Shown piece by piece: positions 27,339 through 43,106 of a stretch of DNA of 64,000 bases (the stretch's first letter is position 1; each line of letters begins with the position of its first letter). Source of the stretch: Eledone cirrhosa (lineage: Eukaryota); assembly GCA_964016885.1 (NCBI GenBank), contig OZ024757.1, positions 38,998,001 through 39,062,000 on the forward strand. Direction: 5' to 3'. The translations under genes and the position numbers were made by a program. The notes beneath the pieces are model-generated. The model was not told the DNA's origin, did no database searches, and saw only the letters and a list, made by a program, of their open reading frames with translations.

Positions 27339-27646
27339 TGTATATATAGAGCTATTTTAGTCCGGTAATTTACTCGGAAGTGAAAGATAAAACTAGAGTA
27401 AGACTGCGTGTACTGTAACATCTATCATACTCGGTTTTTTTAATGATAAGAATCCATCTTCTCTTTCAAAACAACATTTATAATTATCTTTTCTCATATA
27501 AATTATTAATTTTATTAACATACTAAGCTACGTCAAACACTTTCTTTATCTGTAAACAACAAATTGCTTCACTGTTTATCTTACTTACAAATTCCTGGTT
27601 CCTACCAAATTCCTACTGTAAAATGTATCTCCGAGAAAATATGTGG

Positions 27647-27715
27647 GCCTTCTATCCGCCGGGGCTGTAGGGTGGCTAGTATGTGGGACCCCATTTGCTC
27701 AATATACAGAGAGCT
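27647..27715 (+). mobile_element. Short 3' fragment of the CRE-like element
   Basis: Matches the reverse complement of 33678-33735 (gtgggaccccatttgctca). Confidence 0.6.
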
Positions 27716-27824
27716 GGGGAAGGCGAGAGAGGGGGGGGGCGATGACGATGGGAGTTCGGATCTTCCATATTAGGACATATTGCACCTGTCAAGAGTGTAT
27801 ATTGATGCACACCACTTCTATCTC

Positions 27825-28138
27825 ACATTTACGATCTGAGTTCAAATCCCGCCGAGGTTGACTTTGACTTTCATCCTTACGGGGTCGATGAAATAAAGTA
27901 CCAGTAATGCACTGGGTAATTGCTGGCCTTGTGCCTAAAGTAGAAACAATTATTTGGTGGATTGGTAGTATCGGTAGAGGGTCGGACGCCATGCTTTGAC
28001 GCATAGTTACGGCCCTTGCCATTCTGAGTTCAAATCCCGCCGAGGTTAACTTTGCCTTTAATTCGGGGTCGATAAAATAAAGTACCAGTAATGCACTGAG
28101 TTATTGCTGGCCTTGTGTCAAAAGTAGAAACAATTATT
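27825..28138 (+). mobile_element. Tandem dimer of SINE family 1
   Basis: Truncated copy 27825-27953 directly followed by a near-full copy 27956-28138. Confidence 0.85.
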
Positions 28139-30839
28139 TGTTGTTGCTGCTGCTGTTGTTGTTTCTAGAGCTACTGTTATGATATACTCTCATTACTTGT
28201 TGGTAGTTGTGGGCAAAACTTTCGAGGTATATTCTTCCTCTTCTTGCAGTTTCTTTCAAACGAAATTATTGTATCCACAAGCTGCGGACGGTGGCTCGGC
28301 AGAATCGTTAGTGTGTAGGATGAACTGCTTTGAAATATTTCTGTACTGCCCTCTATATTCTGGTATCAAATCTCACCGTGGTCAACATTTGTTTCATCTT
28401 TCTGAGGTCAATAAAATAAAGTTAAATACTTCGGTTAATAAAGATGAACTTCCCTCCCTCGTAAAACTACTTCCCTTTCGGCTGACATAAAAAGATCATT
28501 AATTTTCTAGAATATTTCCATCCACTTTAACGGGTGATGCATTATGTCCTTGAGCAAGACACTTTATTTCGCGTTGCTCCTTCTACCTGGAGTTGCGACC
28601 GATAAGTAGTACTAGCAACTGGAAAGACCGACGAAAACATTGATTCCTCGGTCCTATTTGACGAAAGTCGATCGATCCTTTACTGCATGTGTAGAGATGC
28701 GCTTAAGTGTATGTGTTTTTTTTGTGTGTGTGTGTTTCTATATATGTGTGTCTATGTATAAGTCTGTGTGTATGTGTGAATTACTCATCTTCTACCATAA
28801 TGTTTGAAGCCTATTTGTAAACAGTCTGTGTGCTCACACAATATTATCACCCATCCTACAGCATGTGTGTATATATTAGTCTATAAAGAGTGCGGCTAAC
28901 TTATACACGCACACTTGCGTTGTTATATGTGTTATTGTTTTTGTTGTAGTTGTTGTTCTATCTTTATTTTCCATCTTCTCCAACATTAACGACATTAAAA
29001 CACTTTAAATTTAGCTATTGTTGAGTTATAATAACTACATACGTACTATATTACATAACATAACAAAGTTTATGTCTGATCTTCCAATATTCCTGTATAT
29101 GCTACCCCTACAAAATCATTACTCGTATACTGATCTGTATTTATATGCATAACTATAATAAACTGGATTTTATTTTCATACTTAAACCATAACTCTGTGC
29201 TCCTCTTTTTGCCTGAAACCTATCCCGTTCTTGCTTTCGTAAGCAACATTACTACTGCTATTTTTCGAGGGGGATCTCTTAATTTCAAGGGAGACAACAA
29301 GACCATTTCCCTGTCCATTGTTATGGAAATATAAGGATTATTCTCTAAATCTATATAGTTATCCCTATTCAGTAACACAAGTGGGGTTTTCTAAAGACAT
29401 CCCTGTGTTAATGTGTCATGGGTAGTGTATGCTTTATGAACATTTTTCCATCTATCACACCAGACTAAGTGCTGCATATTCGATGGAATTCCGCAATGTT
29501 TGAGGCTACTAAGATTTAAGTCATATATCTTGAATACAGGCGGCGAATTGATGGAGTGATTAAAACGTTAGATTGAATGTCTGACTCATGCCTGTGTATT
29601 CAAATGCCGCAAAAGCTATCTTTGCTTTTCAATTTTTCGAAGTTGATGAAATAATCTACAAGTTCAGTACTGGAGTTGTCTCTTTCTCTATATCTCTTTC
29701 CCTCTTCTCTCTTCCTCATTTTCGTTCTCCCTCGTCATCCATCTCTGGAAGAAATCGGCTGTATTCAGACATAGAAAGGGAATTGTCTTCACCGGGTTTA
29801 AATTGCTCATAATATGTCATGACGGTGCCATTACGTCTCTCTCAGACGTTACGGTTCTATACATACATGTATTGCATCCATGCGAGTCAAAGTTATGAGA
29901 AACTTAACAAAGGTGGCGTGAAATGTAATCTGAATCACGAAATAACGCGTCCAATAATAATGGCCTTATCCACACGGTTGATGTTAGAACTACAAGTTAG
30001 AACTTACAGAGATAAATAAATGTTCCTCTCCAACAAATTGGCTGCCTAATGTTAATAGAGAATTAAATCTCACAGCCGGTATTTGATTTTCTGAAATTGA
30101 AGCAATGAATATTTGATATCTAATGTATGTAGTTATAAAACGTCCGCCATTGCAGTCACAATGTCTCCTTATATTAGCTTCAACAAAATTTCTTTCAAAA
30201 TAATTAAAACCGAACACAATACAAACCTAAAGGCGAAATCAGGGGGAGCGTTCTAAATAAATTATCAATTGATGTCCTTACATTAAATCTCAGATTTTAC
30301 ATGAAAAATTCTGATTACTTTTTCCCCATCCCACACAATATGTATTATTGATTAGGAAATATATGTATGTTCCAATGAAGGAAAGTCGCTTTTAATACAT
30401 ATATCCGATTAAATTATTGCACGCTCTCCGCATAAGTCTTTAACTTAATCATGATGTATTAAATCATTTTCTAATTATTATCTCGCCTAATGAATAAATC
30501 GAAGGAACAATCATCTACTCGTTGTCTCATGAAATTAAAAACGAAAGCGAAAACCAAAAGCAAGTACAAAAACAAAACAAAAAAGGAACGGAAACAACGA
30601 AATAAAAGCATTATTTATTTGGAAATGGTTCCTATATAAATAAAAATATAAAAACGGTAATGTTTCGTGATGTATGTTTACACACACTTACACACACAAT
30701 TACATACGCATACATACACACATACACACACACATATATATGTATATGTAAGTATATATATACAAACGTAAGCATATATTCTGAGTACAGAATTAGCCGT
30801 CGAAACGGCTTGAGCTCAGCCGTCGGGGTCTTACTTACT

Positions 30840-30878
<39 letters not shown>

Positions 30879-31198
30879 TGTGAGAGAGAGAGAGAGAGAG
30901 AAAGATACATACACAGACACACACACACATTTAAATATGTATGTGTTTATATATGTTATAGCTGTGTACATATATATATATATATATGTACACAGCTATA
31001 ACATATATAAACAAATACACACTCACACACTCACACTCACATTTAAATATGTATGTATCTCTCTCTCTCTCTCTCTGTGTGTGTAGATACATATATATTT
31101 ACCTGTGAGTGTGTGTGTGTGTATTTGTATGTGTTGTTATATGTATGTGTGTGTGTGTGTGTGTATGCAGGTGTGGGAGAATGTATGTCTATGTAATT

Positions 31199-31393
31199 AA
31201 TTGTTTCTACTGTAGGCACAAGGCCAGCAATTCTTTTCCCAGTGTATTACTGGTACTTTATTTTATCGACCCCGTAAGGATGAAAGGCAAAGTTAACCTC
31301 GGCGGGCTTTGAACTCAGACAATAAAGGGCCGTAACTCTTTGCTTGCAAAGCATGGCGTCCGACCCTCTACCGATACTGCCAATCCACCGCCC
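31199..31393 (-). mobile_element. SINE family 1, full length, with about 17-bp TSD
   Basis: tatgtc(t/g)atgtaattaa at 31184-31200 and 31394-31410. Confidence 0.9.
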
Positions 31394-32031
31394 TATGTCG
31401 ATGTAATTAATACAAACAGGAATACGTTCGAGCTCACCTCTATTTACCGTGTGTGTTTGGCTTATAATATCTATGTTTATGGAGGCATGTGTTTTCGGAT
31501 AAAGAAGAATTATGCAAGTTAAGGTTTAGTTAATCGCTCTACTGTAATAAAACCGAGAATTTATAAACCAAGTGAGTGCCTACATCTAAAATAATGTTGA
31601 ATAAAAAGTGATGCAAGTATCGCAGAAATGTTTATATAGCTTTTGTCTTCAGAGTAGTTATCGCACAAAGATAGGCAGCAATAAAGCATTTCTAGGAATA
31701 TTCATATGGTCGTTATAAAGTGAGGTCTTGTTTTATAGCTCTACACAATACACAACAGGCTGAATCACACACACATATAAATACATATATATATATATAT
31801 AAGTATATAGCGTGGAAGAATGGACGTAAAACAGTGATGATGATGATATATATATATATATATACATAGATATATATATAATAGACATATGTATATATAT
31901 ATATATATACATAGATATATATATAATAGACATATGTATATATATATATATATACATAGATATATATATAATAGACATAGGTATATATATATATATATAT
32001 AAGAATGGACGTGAAACGGCGATGATGATGG

Positions 32032-32063
<32 letters not shown>

Positions 32064-32507
32064 CACACATATGCGTTTGTGTTCCAATATATTTATGTCT
32101 GCGGATCATTCACTCCCCATCCCTCTCTCTCCCTCTCCCTCCCTCTATTTCACTCTCCCTCACTCCCCCCTGCCTCTCTCCCTTTCTCCCTCCGTATATA
32201 TATATATATATATATATACATATATGTTTGTGTATGTGTAGTGTGTGTGTGTGTGAGTGAGTGAGTGTATATCTGAGTCTCTGTACAAAGCTAAATGCCT
32301 GAGTGAAGTAAAACACGTCCCTATGATATATATTTTACTCACATATTTGTCGGTAGTAAAGCTGCTATAGGATGTTATATTTACGAAGTACCAACATTAA
32401 CATATGACTGGTATTGCAAACATCTCTTACAGAATATGTTTGTTCATTTAAAACATAATTATTATCGCCGCTAGCACAATCAAACATATGCACCTGTGTG
32501 TCTAATG

Positions 32508-32546
<39 letters not shown>

Positions 32547-32766
32547 TTACATTTGAAGACTAAAATCCAGATGGCTCGATAAGGATAAATATATATCAAA
32601 TATATAAGAACCATAGAGTAAATATATAGAGTATATATATAGAGAGTATATATAAAGAGTAAATATATAGAGTATATATATATATATGCGTTTGCATTTA
32701 CCTATATATATATATATATATATATACATATGCGTGTGTGTGTTACCTACATATATATGTGTGTGT

Positions 32767-32837
<71 letters not shown>

Positions 32838-32839
32838 CG

Positions 32840-33055
32840 TAATCTTAATGTAATGCTCAGGGATATTTAGCGTTACACAGTGTGACATGGTTGGCCATTT
32901 GAACTATAGGGCACAACTCCAGTTTTGCCAGCTGAGTTATCTGGAGCAATGTGAAATAAAGTGTCTTGCTCAGGGACACAAGCCACTGGGAATCGAACTC
33001 ACAACCTTACAATTGTAAGCCGAATACCCTAACCAGAAAGCCAGGCGCCTTCACA
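32840..33055 (-). mobile_element. SINE family 2
   Basis: gaaataaagtgtcttgctcagggacac and gggaatcgaactc (B box on minus). Confidence 0.75.
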
Positions 33056-33477
33056 TATTTTCATATATGGGCTCCATTAATGGTTACACCAATGTTTTTA
33101 CGTCCGTAAGATTATTTGTGTAATAGAATTATTATGTAAAAGCTTTTGCATAATTCACTTCGTTTTCAAAACCCTGAATTCCCTTTACTTAGAAGGCGTC
33201 ACTGTTCAATATTAGATGTCCTATGATGCCCATTAAATGCGTTTGGTGAACATGTAGGAATTCCTATAGATTTTAACATACGATATACGCTGTTCTCTAT
33301 ATAATTTGCATTTATTCCCCATATAAGTATAATGTGTGTTGAGAGCAGTTCGAAGATGTTATTAATACCTTTCATAATACATATGACGTATTAAGTAATC
33401 ACAATAATGCAATATATAGAACAAACCTTGAAACAATATGGGATATTTTTAAAGTGGTTTTAGCCTCAGCTAGAAGT

Positions 33478-34235
33478 GGAAGAGTTGTTAAATCGTCAGT
33501 TAAAATTGGTAGATTGTTAAATCGGCAGTTAAAGATGGTAGATTGTTAAATCGGCAGTTAAAGATGGTAGATTGTTAAAAACCAGCTACAATTGGCAGAT
33601 AGTTAATCGATTTAGGATATATTCATAAATAAACGATTCGCTTTATAATAATATGGACTTTGATTATTAATCCGTATGGTGAGCAAATGGGGTCCCACGT
33701 GCTGGCCTCCCCACAGTCTCGGCTGACAGGATGGAGAAGGCGTTTCCCCGGAGGATGGTAAGGGAGATGCGCTGGAAGAGCCATTCCAACTTGCGAGGCT
33801 CACACCTGCGGCTGGCCAGCTCAGCGGCTATGGTGGTAAATAGGGAGGTAGCTCTAGGGCTAAGGACACCAGACATCTCCAGTTCCAAAGGCACGACCGC
33901 GAACCTGTCGTTTTGTTCAAGACCTGTTATTTTAATAAGTATTGGCAAATTGTTAGAACATCAGTTGGAATTGGTAGATTTGTGAGGACGTCTCTTAGAC
34001 TCAGCAGAGATTTTAGAAAGTCTTCTAGACTTGGCAGAGTTGTGAGAATGTCTGCTAGACTTGGAAGAGTTGAAAGAACGTCTGCTAGACTTGGAGGAGT
34101 TGCGAGAACGTCTGCTAGACTTGGAGGAGATGTGAGAACGTCTGCTAGACTTAGCAGATATATTTGGTAAAATGTTAGCTAAGATTGGTAGATGGCAGAA
34201 TTGTGATAACTTAAGCTAGTACTGGTAGAGTTCTT
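33478..34235. repeat. 29-30 bp minisatellite split by the CRE-like fragment
   Basis: gattgttaaatcggcagttaaagatggta units on the left; gaacgtctgctagacttggaggagttgcga units on the right. Confidence 0.8.
33667..33925 (-). pseudogene. C-terminal restriction-like-endonuclease region of a CRE-clade non-LTR retrotransposon, 5'-truncated
   Basis: VVPLELEMSGVL...WLFQRISLTILRGNAFSIL matches the F.P...E..G and FQR.S....RGNA motifs of CRE-type RLE elements. GC-rich against the background. Confidence 0.75.
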
Positions 34236-34633
34236 TATGAGAATGTCAGACAAATATTACTGGATTTTATCCATCTAAAATTCAAAATGGTATCCAGAAA
34301 CTCCTGTCTGAGGGAGCTGTGGCATGATCGCCGCTTAAAACATCCATTGTGTTACATAAACAAGTAGTGTAAGAATATATGTGTGTATTCCTAGAGTGTT
34401 ACATTGGATTGCTATATACAAAGCCTGGAGATATTGAAGACGGATTCAAATGAAGAAAGATATAACACAAGGAATAGAGTTGAAATAATGTAATAGATAT
34501 ATATAGATACAGAAATGACAGTTTACGTAGAAAGCTGAAAAGTATATCAATTATATATCTTAAATGTATTATATTACATAGCTTCGTACCTATATAACTA
34601 TATATATATATATATATACTATTGCTATTGTAA

Positions 34634-34854
34634 GGAGTCTGACAAGCCACGGAATAGAGAGTCAGGCTAGATCGATACAGATCTAACCTTGAGTTTATCA
34701 GTGGCGAAACGCACGTCACCAAGCAATAAACGTATTGAAGGAGTAACCTTCATTACGTAACTCAGTCTAGCTCTACACCTCGACACAGAAGTGAACCTAA
34801 ACACGAGTGCTCAACCGGGTGAACCTACAGTAACTCAAAGTTACAATTCCTGAC
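34634..34854 (+). mobile_element. Putative PLE pLTR with degenerate hammerhead
   Basis: CUGACAA-gccac[50 nt]guggc-GAAA-cgcacg-UC, then AATAAA and a tail into (TA)n. Confidence 0.6.
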
Positions 34855-34890
34855 TATATATATATATATATATATCTATATATATATATA

Positions 34891-34922
<32 letters not shown>

Positions 34923-35044
34923 GTTTTATATATATATATATATAGTTTTATATATATAGTTTTATATATATATATATATATATATAGTTTTATATATATA
35001 TATATATATATATAGTTTTATATATATATATATATATATATATA

Positions 35045-35079
<35 letters not shown>

Positions 35080-35357
35080 TTATATATATATATATATAGT
35101 TTTATATATATAGTTTTATATATATATATATATAAAATATTAAACAAATAATGAATAATATATATATATATAGTTTTATATATATATATATATAAAATAT
35201 TAAACAAATAATGAATAATATATATATATATAGTTTTATATATATATATATATATATATAGTTTTATATATATATATATATATATATATAGTTTTATATA
35301 TATATATATATAGTTTTATATATATAGTTTTATATATATATATATATATATATATAG

Positions 35358-35388
<31 letters not shown>

Positions 35389-35418
35389 GTTTTATATATA
35401 TATAGTTTTATATATATA

Positions 35419-35479
<61 letters not shown>

Positions 35480-35797
35480 TTATATATATATATATATATA
35501 GTTTTAGAAATATATATATATATAGTTTTAGAAATATATATATATATAGTTTTATATATATATATATATATAGTTTTATATATATAGTTTTATATATATA
35601 TATATATATAGTTTTATATATATATATATATATAGTTTTATATATATATATATATATAGTTTTATATATATAGTTATATATATATATAGTTTCAAGACTA
35701 AAATCCAAAGAGGGCTCGATAAGGATAAATATATATCAAATATATAAGAACCGTAGAGAAAATTTTTTGCTGAAACTTTAATCTGTTATTTTAATAA

Positions 35798-35831
<34 letters not shown>

Positions 35832-36041
35832 TTATATATATATATATATATATAGTTTCATATATATATATTTATATATATAGTATTTATATACATAGAT
35901 TTTATATATATTTATATATATAGTTTTTTTTAATATATATATATATATATAGTTTTTATATATATTTATATATATAGTTTTTTATATATATATATATATA
36001 TGTATATATAGTTTTTATATATATTTATATATATAGTTTTT

Positions 36042-36104
<63 letters not shown>

Positions 36105-36270
36105 TTATATATATATATATATATATATAGTTTTATATATATATGTATATATATAATTTTATATATATATATAGTTACAGATATATAGTTATAAACATAT
36201 ATATATATATATATATAATTATAAACATATATATATATGTATAGTTATATATTTATATATATATATATAC
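34855..36270. repeat. (TA)n array punctuated by GTTTT, with a family B fragment at about 35690-35800
   Basis: Visible. Confidence 0.9.
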
Positions 36271-37771
36271 ACACCTACGCACACACACACACACATGAAC
36301 ACAGAGAGGGGGGGGGCGATAGCCGAGAGATACTGAGACATACAATGCTATACATGCGTTGGTCAGGAAATAGAATAAATCATATCCCTAGTGATTTGAA
36401 ACAATGAGTTTATGTATTGTAAAATATCCTCGGTGGCTTTGTTATGTAATCATGTCAGTGGATTCTGTGAATATAACTTCAAGCGGAACATGTACTGGTT
36501 ATTCAACAGTAAAGATGCAAATACAGAGAGACGAGGGCAAGAGAGAGAAAACTAGAAGATACAGAAACACAGATACACAGAAATACTGACACATACTGTC
36601 TCAATTACTCACACAGACACGTACCCCACTCACCACCACGACCACTCAACCTCACACGCGACAACTCAAACTGACACACGCTCACACGCAGAAATATAAA
36701 AGCATAGTGTCTCAATTACTCACACAGACACGTACCCCACTCACACACGACCACGACCACTCAACCTCACACACGACAACTCAAACTGACACACGCTCAC
36801 TCACAGAAATGCTGAAACATACTGTCTCAATTACTCACACAGACGCGTACACACACTCACAATCACACACAACTCAAACTGACACACGCTCACTCACAGA
36901 CATCCACACACGCACACAATTCTGCACACACAACCTCCGATGCACAGCCACACATGCACACTCAAACACACAAACATATAGACACAAATAAATACACATA
37001 CAAATGCACCCACATACTAAGGTACACACACCCAGACACATACATGCATACATAGACACACACCACGCATACAATCGCACACACACAAAAAAAAACAAAA
37101 AAGCACACACATAGAAGCACTCACCCACATACTAGCGCACACCACACACAGACATACAAAAGCACACACACACACACATGCATATATACGCACGACTACA
37201 TGCAAACACGCATACACACACTGAGACATAGAGGCTAACACATATTTACATAGATGCGCCCACACAATCATACACTAACAGAGAAAAACACAGACTCAAT
37301 CATACAAAGAAATGTTTGTTGATCTTTCTAAAGTGTTGTTTGTAAACCATTGAAGCAGAAACGAGAGATAAAGAAGAAAAAATATGTATTTCTTTTTTTA
37401 TCAAACGAAAAAAGGATGTTAAAATACATAAAATAAATATATAATTGATAGGGAAAAGCAAGTGTATATTTTACTTGATTGTAACCATAGTAATTAATGC
37501 TGGTGTGCCAGACAATATGATCGAAGTCCTACTGGGAAATTAACTAGTATCGACAGAAACAACAATTACAACAATTATAACTGCAAGCAAATGCAATGAG
37601 GAGGACTAGAACCAATACTAATAACGTATAGCTTCGGTTACTTGGTCACGCTAAATATGTCAGGCTAACTTGTATAGGGAGAATAAATACAGGCTGTTCT
37701 CTAAACATGTATGCACACTGTGATTAGCTGTACATGCAATATTTATTACAATGCACAGCATTTGTGTGTGT

Positions 37772-37808
<37 letters not shown>

Positions 37809-37957
37809 CTTGTGTGTGTGTGTGTGTGTTAGGTTATTCCGAAGAAAAAGCAAAGGTAAAAAGAGTGCTCTATGTGTAGAACAGAGCTATTTAATTATTA
37901 TTGTCTGGGATCTAGAAACCTTTGGTAATGGAGTAGTTATATTTTGTGTTCACTTTC

Positions 37958-38000
<43 letters not shown>

Positions 38001-38859
38001 ATACTTGGGGAGGGTCATATTGTTATAATATTCCCAGAAATAACAACAGAACACACTGACTGATTGGTTTGAGTTGGTTTTCGCCTCAGTATCTTTTATA
38101 TCTCCAGAGTTAATTCATTTGAAAATCAATGTTTATCGTTGATTGACCAGCGGTTAAAAATACAGATATAAATATATATATATAGTCTATCAAAGTTCTT
38201 TCGTCGCACATCTGCGACATCATCACTGGTACAATTGTTTCCTCCCATTGTATTGTAATGTCTACTCCATTTGTATTTAAACAATGAGTGTGTTCTGTTA
38301 TTATTTCTCGCAATTTTATAACTATATATATATATATATATATAATGCAGTTACTAATAAGAAGAATTGAAATTAATAGATGCAAGATTTCACAGCCTAG
38401 CATCAATCGTTCATAGTCAGCTGCTGAAATGTCCACTCTCAGACGTTCTTGTTAAACACTTGACTACTCGTGAATGTTAGGGGCACCATCATGTTGCTCG
38501 ACCTGTCTTGAGCACAGTAGTTTTTGTTTTATATGTATGCAGCACTAATGATATTGCGCTGTTTAGGCGCTTAACCTGTTATACAGACTTAGTGGCGCCA
38601 TCATTGCATACGTTGTATTATAGCCAGAGAATACAGACGAGTTCTTTTAGAAGAAGAAGAAGAAGAAGAAGAGAGATAGAGAGAGAAAGGGGATGACACA
38701 GAGTAAAATCTTACATTCTAATTTTCTGAAAGTATGAAGTACTAAGTTGACTAATGGTCTTACAATACTCAATTAGCAATATCTTATCGACACTATTACC
38801 ACCAGCACTACTACTACTACTACCATTACCACTACCACTACTACTACTAATAATAATAA

Positions 38860-39051
38860 TAATTGTTTCTACTTTAGGCACAAGGCCAGCATTTACCCAG
38901 TGCATTACTGGTACTTTATTTTATCGACCCCGTAAGGATGAAAGGCAAAGTCAACCTCAGCAGGATTTGACCTCAGTCCGTAAAGGGACGTAACTCTATA
39001 CTGGAAAGCATGGCGTCCGACCCTCTACCGATACTGCCAATCCACCGCCCT
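38860..39051 (-). mobile_element. SINE family 1, full length
   Basis: Reverse complement of the consensus, (TAA)n tail. Confidence 0.9.
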
Positions 39052-40342
39052 TATAATAATAATAATAACGGTTATCGAAATTAAGACTTAATATCAATTA
39101 CTACTCTTACTACTACTACTACTACTAGTAATTGACATTAAGTACTCCCAATTTTGATAACCGTAATGATTACTCAATATATAAATAAATAAATCATTAA
39201 AATTCAATTATAAGGAAACAGAACAGCAATAAACTGGATTTACAGAATATTCCGATTTTCATATTCCGTCTATTCTGTAATTCTGTATGTTAATGAGTCT
39301 TTGCATAGATAATTCAATAACGAGAATATTTCAAAGAGAAATCAATGTAAAACCTTCTAATAAAAGGGTTACAAGTATGAATGTGTTGAATTCATTTATG
39401 GCTTATCATTGTTACACGTATTAGAGGAAGGTTGTGATGCAATTACGAAATTCAATTAATTCTGAGAACAAACGGGGTCCCCGAAAGATAATTGCATTGC
39501 TCTATATTCTTTTCAAATAAACGTGTATACGTCACACACAAACCCCCACACATACATAAATACGCACATACACATAAACAGACGTACAACTATATAGACC
39601 ACAGCCGTGTTTTCAATTCAATGAATAAAGTGTTTGAAATAAATCTTGTTTCCTACTTATACAAATATATATATATATAATACATTATAAATGACAATCA
39701 TTGAGTGCTTAAAACATTTAATCACTTACGAACGTTTCATCCTAGCACAAGGCCAGAATCATCTGAGTAGATAATAAAAGACAAAGACAAATATAATTTC
39801 AAAATATTGGCACAAGAACAATACGAGGATACATAATATGGGAGGCTAGATAACCATAAGCAGCGACATTTATATCAGTTAACAGAGGCGGGAAAAGCAT
39901 CTGAAGAATAGGACCAGATAAATGCAATAAAACATCGTATTTATATATATCAATATATATATATAGTATTCAATTTAGGAAAGTTGGTTGATCAGGTAAT
40001 CCATTGACCTAAAAAATTCAAACAATCAATTTGTATTCCCTAAAATGATATCGACACAGGTTTATTTAATAAACAGAGGATGTACATATAAAACAGTCTC
40101 TCATTTCTATAACATGTAAAGAAAAACGATGAAGTTTCGTTTACTGAATCACATACTATATATATATTTATATATATTTATATATATATATATATATGTA
40201 TAACCACAGATTAAAAGTTTAAGCGGAAATTCTTTGCTTTAACATTGAGAATTTCCCTGACCTATGGTGTACAGTGTTTCGTACTGAGAGCACTTAAACA
40301 TCGTTCCCCTACACACACACCAACACACAACACACAACACAC

Positions 40343-40422
<80 letters not shown>

Positions 40423-40791
40423 TGTGTGTATGTGTAATCTATTTTGACGATAGCGTTGCTGTAGACTGTGTAAAAATCTTCATAAATAATATAGAATGAT
40501 GTTATTTTAATGGTGTCTCAAAGACGACTATTTCTGCGTTTCTGGAAACATAGCTCTATTATATATATATTTGACAAATTGAAATATTGATCGCCCAATC
40601 TACTATAAATAATAAAGACAGAATATCATTGTATTTTTTACTATTATTTTCTAGCATTATATTTCATAACCTTTTATTTTTCATGTTTTATATTTCTATT
40701 AATATGAAATATTTCATTTATAATCACGAAAGGAAGAACATTTTTTTTTAAGCGTGAATCAAATTTATAGTTATATGTTTATGTAAATATA

Positions 40792-40836
<45 letters not shown>

Positions 40837-41147
40837 TAATATCGCTTATGACTATTGAGGGAATATATCACTTTACACTGCACCACATAGAAAATAGGTC
40901 ACAGACACTTATCCACACACACACTCACACAAACACACACACACTTATTCACACATGTACAATAACAGTCACACTAATTCACATCTCTAGCTGTCTGTGT
41001 ATATGGCGGTTACTAGAGAAAGTGTTTCAAGAGGTGATGTTTATATTGTTGCTTTTATATACATTTATATATATATATATATATATACATACACACACAT
41101 ACACGTACATATGTATATATACTTATATATGGGTGTGTGTATGTGTC

Positions 41148-41178
<31 letters not shown>

Positions 41179-41226
41179 GTACATATGTATATATACATAT
41201 ATATGTGTGTGTGTATGTGTCTGTAA

Positions 41227-41261
<35 letters not shown>

Positions 41262-41306
41262 TACACACACACATATATGTATATATACATATGTATGTGT
41301 CTGTAA

Positions 41307-41339
<33 letters not shown>

Positions 41340-41392
41340 TATACACGTACATATGTATATATAAATATATGTGTGTGTGTATGTGTCTGTAA

Positions 41393-41423
<31 letters not shown>

Positions 41424-41467
41424 GACGTACATATTTATATATACATATGTGTGTGTGTATGTATCTG

Positions 41468-41501
<34 letters not shown>

Positions 41502-41954
41502 CACACATATACACGTACATATGTATATATACATATATATGTGTGTGTGTATGTGTCTGTATCTATATATATATATATATATATATATATGTCTACATGC
41601 ATGATTGTACACAATGATGTTAATATATATATGACGCTATGTTTGCATATATATACATATATATGTATAAATCTGTTACTTTGTATATTGTTATTTTTTA
41701 TTATAACAATTTTATTGGAAGGATTTATGAGAATCATATATCGATCTGGGGAAACAAATTGAATTTTAGAGTCAATCACAGACTTGTAGTCTGTGAAGAT
41801 ACAACTTTACAGCCACAAACATTGACACAGATACGAGATGTGTAAATTATCTTCTTTTTGCCATTTTCTATAAAGGGTAACACAAACTTCAGGAATTAAT
41901 TATATTATCGAATGAAACATGGATAATAAATATCGTTGGTGGACATTGTCATAT

Positions 41955-42232
41955 GTTTGTATATGTATGTATGTGTATATATATATATATATATATGTGT
42001 ATATGTATATATATGTATGTATATATATATGTATGTATATATATGTGTATATGTATATATATGTGTATATGTATATATATGTGTATATGTATATATATGT
42101 ATGTATATATATATGTATATGTATATATATGTGTATATGTATATATATGTATGTATATATATATGTATATGTATATATATATGTATATGTATATATATGT
42201 ATATATATATGTATATGTATATATATGTATAT

Positions 42233-42314
<82 letters not shown>

Positions 42315-42498
42315 GTATACATATATATATATATATGTATGTATATATATGTATACATATATATATATATATGTATGTATATATATGTATACATATATAT
42401 ATATATATGTATGCATATATATATATATGTATACATATATATATATATGTATGCATATATATATATATGTATGCATATATATATATATATATGTATGC

Positions 42499-42529
<31 letters not shown>

Positions 42530-42712
42530 TGTATGCATATATATATATATATATATATGTATGCATATATATGTATGCATATATATATATATATATATAT
42601 GTATGCATATATATATATATATATATGTATGCATATATATAGATATGCATGTATATGTATGCATATATATAGATATATATATGTATGCATATATATATAT
42701 ATATATGTATGC

Positions 42713-42753
<41 letters not shown>

Positions 42754-42815
42754 TATATATATATATATATATATGTTTATATATATATATATATATATGT
42801 TTATATATATATATG
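41955..42815. repeat. Long (TA)/(TATG) compound microsatellite
   Basis: Visible. Source of the longest spurious ORFs. Confidence 0.95.
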
Positions 42816-43060
42816 TAGGTGTCTGGGAACATGTATGTATGTATATGTATGTATCCATTTCTATATTTATGGGACTGTGTTTTCATGGGTGTATATATGT
42901 TTATATTTATTTATTTGTACGTATTCACATATATGTCTGTATATATATGTACACAGATATATTCATATATGTACCTATATATATAACTATAAAATATACA
43001 TGTTTTTCGTACATGCATGTGAGTGTACGGCGTATCAATTTGTCTTTATGCTAGCTATAT

Positions 43061-43106
<46 letters not shown>

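Noticed and set aside
41900-43054. Long ORFs (up to 372 aa) rich in Y/I/M/C/H, and all similar ORFs
   Set aside because: Translations of TA/CA/TG microsatellites that lack stops by composition.
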